Below are positions 57,919 to 64,000 of a stretch of DNA of 64,000 nucleotides, piece after piece. The position numbers and the translations under genes are program-made. The notes under the pieces are model-generated. The model did no database searches. It was not told the DNA's origin and was given only the letters and a program-made list of their open reading frames with translations. Positions within the stretch are counted from its first letter, which is position 1, and every line of letters starts with the position of its first letter. Source of the stretch: Felis catus (taxonomy: Eukaryota); the NCBI RefSeq assembly GCF_018350175.1, contig NC_058368.1:174160001-174224000 (forward strand), given 5' to 3'.

Positions 57919-58209
57919 TTCCTAGAATCTGAATTTGAATTTGAATCTGAATCCCCTCTTTTCATACGGAGGGTGTTATAATATATTCAGCCACCCACAG
58001 TCTGGATCTCATTTCAGTGCCACGCTCTGTAGAGGAAGCCTTGCCCAGGTCCTCCCCGAACCTGGGTTTTCTCATCTGTGAAATAAGTTGATAAGAGCAA
58101 CCTCACAGGACATACAGTTAATGACTGTCAGTGCGCTTTTCTATAACCTTCTATTGCTTATAGTACAAATTATCACACAGAACCACCACGTGCACACATC
58201 CCCCTGCTA

Positions 58210-58530
58210 TTACTTCTACCTGTGTCTTTGCACACGTCCCGTTGCTTGAAATGCCTTTCTCTTCTTGCCGTTCAACTTCTACTTCTGTTTCAAGGTTCTG
58301 TTCAGGCATCACCTCCTGTGGGAAGCTGTCTCCGAGGCTTCCCGGGATCGCCGAAATCTGCCCCAGCTCCTGGAGCCCCTCTGCTGAGGCCCTGACCTCC
58401 TTGGGTTAACTATCAGTTTCCCTGTCTATTTCCCAGACTAAAGCCAGGCACCGGACCTCTCGTCTGCATCCCAGTGTCCAAGTTTATCGTAGGCGTTCAG
58501 CCATGTGTGTGAAAAGGAAAAACCCAATAA
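58210..58530 (+). mobile_element. L2 3' remnant
   Basis: CTTTGCACAC..GAAATGCCTT..TTCAAGGTTCTGTTCAGGCATCACCTCCT..GGGAAGC..CCAGACTAAAG. Confidence 0.65.
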
Positions 58531-59959
58531 ATGTCAGTTTCGATAGTGATTCTCCCATGTTCCGACTTCCCCAATTCACAGATTGGCAGAAACAGAAGCA
58601 CTTCCCCCGCCACTCTGGCAGTGCCTCTGCTGTGTGAGGTAGCCCATGCCGGCTTTATTTCCATATCTACCTCCCTGTGGCTAGCCTGGAAGAGCCTCGT
58701 GGGCAGGAACGTCGGGAAGGGCAGCGAGGGACGCCGGCCGTTTCAGCCAGCACCTCTGAGGCTAGCCATGTGCCGGAGAAAGTGTGGGATTTGGGACGAG
58801 GAGTCCTGAGTGTGGTTTGAGACCTCCTCATTCTCCTGCCGTTGGGTCGCAGTCAACTCCATGCCTTCTCCTGGGGACAATTCCAGCGAAAGGGCTGGGA
58901 GAGGGAGGCCCCCCCTTCCCCCTCCCTTGTCTCCCGCAGCGGGCCCAGCCATTGGCTGCTTTGTACCTTAGGGTCACCGAGAACCAGCGGTCGGGGGACT
59001 GTGTGTTGAGGGTCTGGGCTCACGTCTGAACCCAGGTCCTTGCTCTCCGGTTCCCAACAACACGGCAGAACCAACCACTGCCCGTGTCAGTTTCACCTAC
59101 ATCCTGGGAACTGGGTCACCGGAAGTCTTTTCTCTTCTATGAGGAAATGCAAGTGGAGATTAGAAAGGGGAAGAGGCTCTCTCACATCCTCAGAGCCAGC
59201 CACAACCCACCAGGGGTCTCTCCCCTGCCTCAAGCTTCTGTCATAATGAGGGGTGACCCCCCCCCCTCCAGGCCAGACCTAATTTCGGGTTGCTCTGAAG
59301 TAAGCTATGAGGTGGCAATCTGGGGACACCACGATGCCCAGACACCAATCAGAGCATTATCTTCCTATACCTGTGTTCCGGCCACAAATTGATAGTGCCT
59401 GATAGGCCGAAATGACCGAACTTCAGGCCTCTCTGCTCATGAAAGAAACTAATTTTTCACGCCCTTCTCATAATTTTCTGGAAGCAAACACGGAGAATTT
59501 GCCTACACCAGCATCTGCTTTGAAGGGACGGTGGAGAGGTCTTTCTGTCCTTCAGCAGCCAATGCCAACAGCAAACTGGACAGAGGCTTCCTGCAGGAGC
59601 TTCGGTCACACGCTCAGTTCACCTTCATGCCAGACAAGGTGAGAGGCTTCCCGGAACTCCCTGGGACTCAGTTGATATAAAGAGGTAACAGTCATAAACC
59701 ATTGGGCCCTTTAAATTTTCTCCCCATGACAAGGGAAATAGGTGGTGACGGTCCAAAAGCTTTAGGCTCCTAAAAGGGGTCTTGATTAGGGACCTCACAG
59801 GACATGCATCCCTGAGTGCTGGAGCGTCACAGCCTGGGACGGCTCTGGGAACTCAATGACGGAGGGGTTGGCTGCGACTCTAGCAGTCCCCGAGGGGCCG
59901 GCCACAGAGCAAGTATAGTGAGTTGTACTGGCGAGTGAATAAGTGATTCACAAGAACTA

Positions 59960-60125
59960 GCATTTACTCAGTGCTCATGCGCTAGGTCCTGACTGGGCGG
60001 TTTTGCATCCTTTTTCCACTTAACCACTGGCACTATGAGGCAAGCACCGGTGTCCCATTTCACAGACCAGAAAACTGAGGCTCTGGGCATCTCAGCGATG
60101 CCCCTAGGACACCCCATAGCAAAAC
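59960..60125 (-). mobile_element. MIR SINE
   Basis: CTAGCATTTACTCAGTGCT..CCCATTTCACAGACCAGAAAACTGAGGCT. Confidence 0.75.
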
Positions 60126-60904
60126 TCAAATATGAAACAACGGTCGTTGTCTCCCACCTGCACCCCCTTCCCACTGGGGCACGCTCCTTCTGGAAGACCA
60201 GACTGAATGAATTTGATAGAACCAGCTAGTATGAGAGATGTGGAGACGGTTAAGGGCGGGGCCGCTGGTCTCAAGTGACTCACGGGTGAGGGTTGGTGTG
60301 TGGACACACATAGCCGTGTGGGTGTGTGAGCGCGTGCCAGGGCCTGTGTCCGGGCGGGTATGGGCAAGACTGTGCGGCACAGAACCATTCCTGGCTCCGG
60401 GCCTCAGGGGAAGCGACGTGGAGCAGGTGGCATCTGAGCTGGGCCTGGGGCGATGGGTGGGAACTGAAAGGGGATGTGGGGAGGGGGGGAGGTCTCTTTG
60501 GGCAGAGGAGGCAGCCTGAGCTGAGGGCTGTGTTCTGACAGCAGGGGTGCCTAGTTCATCCGGAGAAGGAGGAGCCCGGGGATGTAGCTGGGGAGGAGAC
60601 GGCACGGGATCCTATAGCCAGGACATGATGGGCGCGGTGGGAGGGTCTGCATGGGACCTGGCAGGTGCTGGAAGCTGCAGGATGTGGGGGGGGGGGGGTC
60701 AGGAGCCCACCGATGGACAGTCTCAGCTCGTGGCCTGCCCTGGCCCTTCTCCATGATTTTACAACTATGTGGGTCAGTGAGATGGCACCCGAGTGAGTGC
60801 CGGGCATGGGGAAGGAGCGTGACCCCTTTGTCCCGTGTGCCCACCACGGGGAGGGCAGAGGCTGCAGGGCGTGGGGCTGCGCAGTGTTCAGGGGTGTTCT
60901 CTCT

Positions 60905-61110
60905 AAGACTCTCGGTCACCAGTCATGTTGAGCATTTACCGTGTGCCTGGCCTGCCAGGTGGGCACCACCCACATCTTTGCAGATGAGGGGAGCAGCCCT
61001 TCATGGAATTAAGTGACCTGACCAAGGCCACACAGCGTGTGGGTGGAGGAATGGGGTTCTTGCCATGTCTGCTTGGTCCAAAGCCTGTGCTCTGAGCCCT
61101 GAGAGAAAGC
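60905..61110 (-). mobile_element. MIR SINE
   Basis: TTGAGCATTTAC..TTTGCAGATGAGG..TTAAGTGACCTGACCAAGGCCACACAGC. Confidence 0.7.
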
Positions 61111-61149
61111 AAGTGATAGCCGCCATCCCCGGAGCGACCCACCCCCCCA

Positions 61150-61310
61150 CTCTGGCTCTCAGCATTTATAAGTATGAGCTCATTTAATCCACACACCAAC
61201 CCCATGGGGTAAGTGCTATTACTCTCCCCGTCGATGGAGGAGAAAACTAAGGCACAGAGAGGTTAGGAAACCTGCCCGAGGTCACACAGCCAGTAAGTGG
61301 AGCTGGGTGT
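61150..61310 (-). mobile_element. MIR SINE
   Basis: CTCATTTAATCC..AAACTAAGGCACAGAGAGGTTAG..TGCCCGAGGTCACACAGCCAGTAAGTGG. Confidence 0.85.
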
Positions 61311-62359
61311 TACAGCATGCTGGGCTTGTTGCTTGAAAAACCGAAGGCGTGGGGGGCCCTAGTTCCACTCAACCCCTCCTGTGCCTCCACGTTATCCACG
61401 TCCTGCGGCTGTACTCGGACCGCCGAATAATAAAGTGCTCATGGGTTGGGCACTTAACCCTGAACTCTCCAGCACCTACATGACACATAGGATATAGTCG
61501 TTAACTTCTTATCTCTGACAGACGAGGAAGTCTGGGCCCCGAGAACTTTAGTCAGTTGCTCAGCGACTCCCAGCAAGCAAGTGGCAGAGCCTTGAGGGAG
61601 CCCAGTGTGGCCCGGCTGTAAAGCTGGAGATGCCCTGCCCACTCTGCCCCCTTCCAATACACAACGTGGCTCTCGGGGAGGCCGCGCATCCTCCGTCGAT
61701 CTGGGTCACGCTCCGTTCCACCCTGGTCCCAGCCTTGTGCTTCCCCCGCCCTGTTGCTCAAACCCTCCAGTAACCCCCACGAAACCGGCATGGTTGCCCA
61801 AGCCTCTCCTTGAGACTACAGAACGTTTTGTAAAACTGAAGAAGGTTCCAGAGCCCCTGCCCTCTTGCACCAGTGGGTGCTTATGTCGGAAGAACCCAGG
61901 GCCCCCGAGTCAATTATCAAAGTCATTTCCTATCACTCGTTCTGCCCTACTTTTGTGAGGCAGGCGAAGTGGCATGCCCATTTTGCAGATGGGGGGACTG
62001 AGGCTCAGGCAGGCCTGGCATTTGCCCAAGGTCAGGTGTGGTCAGGTGCTGCATCGTGGACCGAGCTCCCTGCATCACCATGCTGGTCTCTTCGGTTTGA
62101 GACTTGTTTGCTCTGAATGGCTCAGGACCTGGACGTGTGACAGGGCCTCCTCTCTCTGACGGCTCCTTCCCGGCCCTTTCAAAGACTCTTCTCCCCTCTT
62201 CCCTGTCCCCTCCGCCCCCTCTGGCCCCTTCTCCTTGCATCTATGTCCTGCCCTGGCCAGCCCCCGCCTTACAGCCCTTCCAAGATGCTTCCCTTATGTG
62301 GCTTTGAGGAAGTGATACCTTCAGATGTGGCTGGCGGCAGGGAGGCCAACAGCCTGTCT

Positions 62360-62560
62360 AAAAAACAACCGTGCAAAGTGTAACAAAAGGCTTAAAATCT
62401 CCCTCCCCTTCTACCAGTAATGCTCTTCCCAGAAATTCAGTTTCTAGGGAAATAATCTGAGAGACACAAAATATCCTCTGCGTGGAGATGTTCATCACAG
62501 GGTTGCTTATAATAGAAAAAAAAAAAAAAGTGGACACAACAGCAAAGTACGTAGGGAAAC
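62360..62560 (+). mobile_element. Old L1 (L1ME-like) remnant
   Basis: CCCAGAAATTC..TTCTAGGGAA..GATGTTCATCACAG..TTATAATAGAAAAA. Confidence 0.6.
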
Positions 62561-62639
62561 ATTTCAGTCAGTGACGAGGCTCTTCATGCACCCCTCCCCC
62601 CGCAAGCAAACTGCCATGGGCCGGTGTCCACTGAGAGAT

Positions 62640-62790
62640 ACCCCCACATGCCAGGCACTGTTCTTAGGCCTTCATATTTATTCTCTCCTTTAATCCTGAC
62701 GATTTTTTTTAAGTTGGGACTTAAAACGCCCCCATTTGCAGACAAACAAACTGAGGCAAGGAGAGGCTAGGTAAACTGCCCAAGGTCAGA
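62640..62790 (-). mobile_element. MIR SINE
   Basis: ATGCCAGGCACTGTTCT..TTTAATCCT..CCCCATTTGCAGA..AAACTGAGGC..CCCAAGGTCA. Confidence 0.75.
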
Positions 62791-64000
62791 AGCTTCCGGG
62801 CACCCCGACTCCACCAGACTCAACCACTCCCAGAGCCGTGGCGGTGACTGATGACCATCACCAGGAGTTAGTTGTTGAGGGCAGGCCAACGTGCCAGGCG
62901 CTTCTCCCTCTTGCTAGTCCCCATTGCCATTGCTGCCCCCCACCATCCAGGCCGGCGAGGGCACAGATGATTCCTTAGGCCCCAGACAGAAACAGCAGTG
63001 AGAAAGTCTTAGGGTGTTTGGCGTTCAAGAGCCCATGAGAGCAGTCCCCCACCACCCAGAGAGGAGGGACCAGCTGGGGGCTGGGCCAGGAGCCTAGAGT
63101 TAGGTGGGAGAGTAGGCCCTGCCCCTGCCGCCCTCCCTCGGGGTCACTGGGGTGACTGGAGGCAAGGTGGGGGTCACTGAAGGACGAGTGTGGGGGTCTG
63201 AACGCATAGGGGCTTGTGCCCTACTCCCAGCTGGAAGCCAGGACAAGGGAGGGATCCCTTGCACCCCAATTCCTCTGCTCCCATGGGGGGTGCAGGGGGT
63301 CCCCCAGATCTCCTGGACCTACGGTGAGCCCCAGCACATGACTGGGCTTTGAGGCCTGCCTGCTGGGAGAGGTCCAGGGGGCTGGGAACCTGCAGCAGAG
63401 GCCAAAGCCCCTGAGAGAATGTGGTTGGTCTTCGGCAGTGCCAGATAGAGCCCAGGAGTAGGTCAGCGGTGTCCCCGGGCCCGACCATGGCGCAAACACC
63501 ATGGAGGGAACCTGGCAGGACAGGTCCATCGCGGTCCAGAGGGTGCTGTGGGGGTCAGACAGCCTGGGGAACTTCGCTTACCCTGGTGGGAAGGAGATGG
63601 TTGGGGGCGGGGGAGGAGAGTGGAGACGATCTCGTATTGAGTTGGTTCAACTTCCGAAGTCACCACGTTTACAGCTGGAAGTGACTGAGCTCTCAGACCT
63701 GGAAAGCATGCGTTTCTCCAGCTTCCACGAAATGGTCCACGGGCACCCAGAGCGGAATGCAGCAAAGAATCTTACAGCTGGGCGGGCACAGGGCACTAAC
63801 AGCCCTGTTCCTTTCTCCAGCCTGGGACAGAGGTGCTGTAAGGACCAGCCTCACTTTTCAGATGGGGACAGAGTCCTAGAGAGGGGAGGACTTGCTCAAG
63901 ATCAACTAGCCAGCACCACGGGGAGATCAGCCCTCAGAGCTCTCTCAGCAGACCACGGCACTACACGGCATCGCGTTGCCCACGAGCGCACCCCTCTCCC

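Noticed and set aside
1..64000. CRISPR arrays, endogenous non-retroviral virus, NUMT or prokaryotic systems
   Set aside because: No regularly spaced repeats, viral or mitochondrial-like ORFs, or operon structure seen by eye; sequence is consistently mammalian

Overview
Mammalian genomic DNA from a cat-family (felid/feliform) genome, judged by 23 carnivore Can-SINE copies, many with the feline-type (CT)n-CCCAAAAATAAATAAACGTT tail. I see no recognisable protein-coding gene, RNA gene or CpG-island promoter. Many ORFs in the track are explained by SINEs, microsatellites or decayed LINE/LTR sequence, and the rest resemble nothing I recognise. The window looks like a gene desert or a very large intron. 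Much of it is transposon-derived: a ~8 kb antisense old L1 (with ORF2 peptide remnants) nested in an older L1 and loaded with SINEs, many MaLR (MLT1) LTRs including one with internal sequence, L2, MIR, CR1/L3 and hAT elements (MER20, MER58, MER91, MER5-like). Between the repeats are about a dozen non-repetitive islands dense in developmental TF motifs (homeodomain, posterior Hox/Cdx, Meis/Pbx, Fox, TCF, E-box, MEF2, nuclear receptor) and short palindromes. Three full-consensus CTCF cores lie in divergent orientation. My best hypothesis is an enhancer landscape with an insulator/boundary near 38-51 kb. I found no evidence of a novel coding system; one frame-preserving candidate exon is noted. 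Repeat subfamily names come from remembered consensus sequences and boundaries are approximate; no searches were run.
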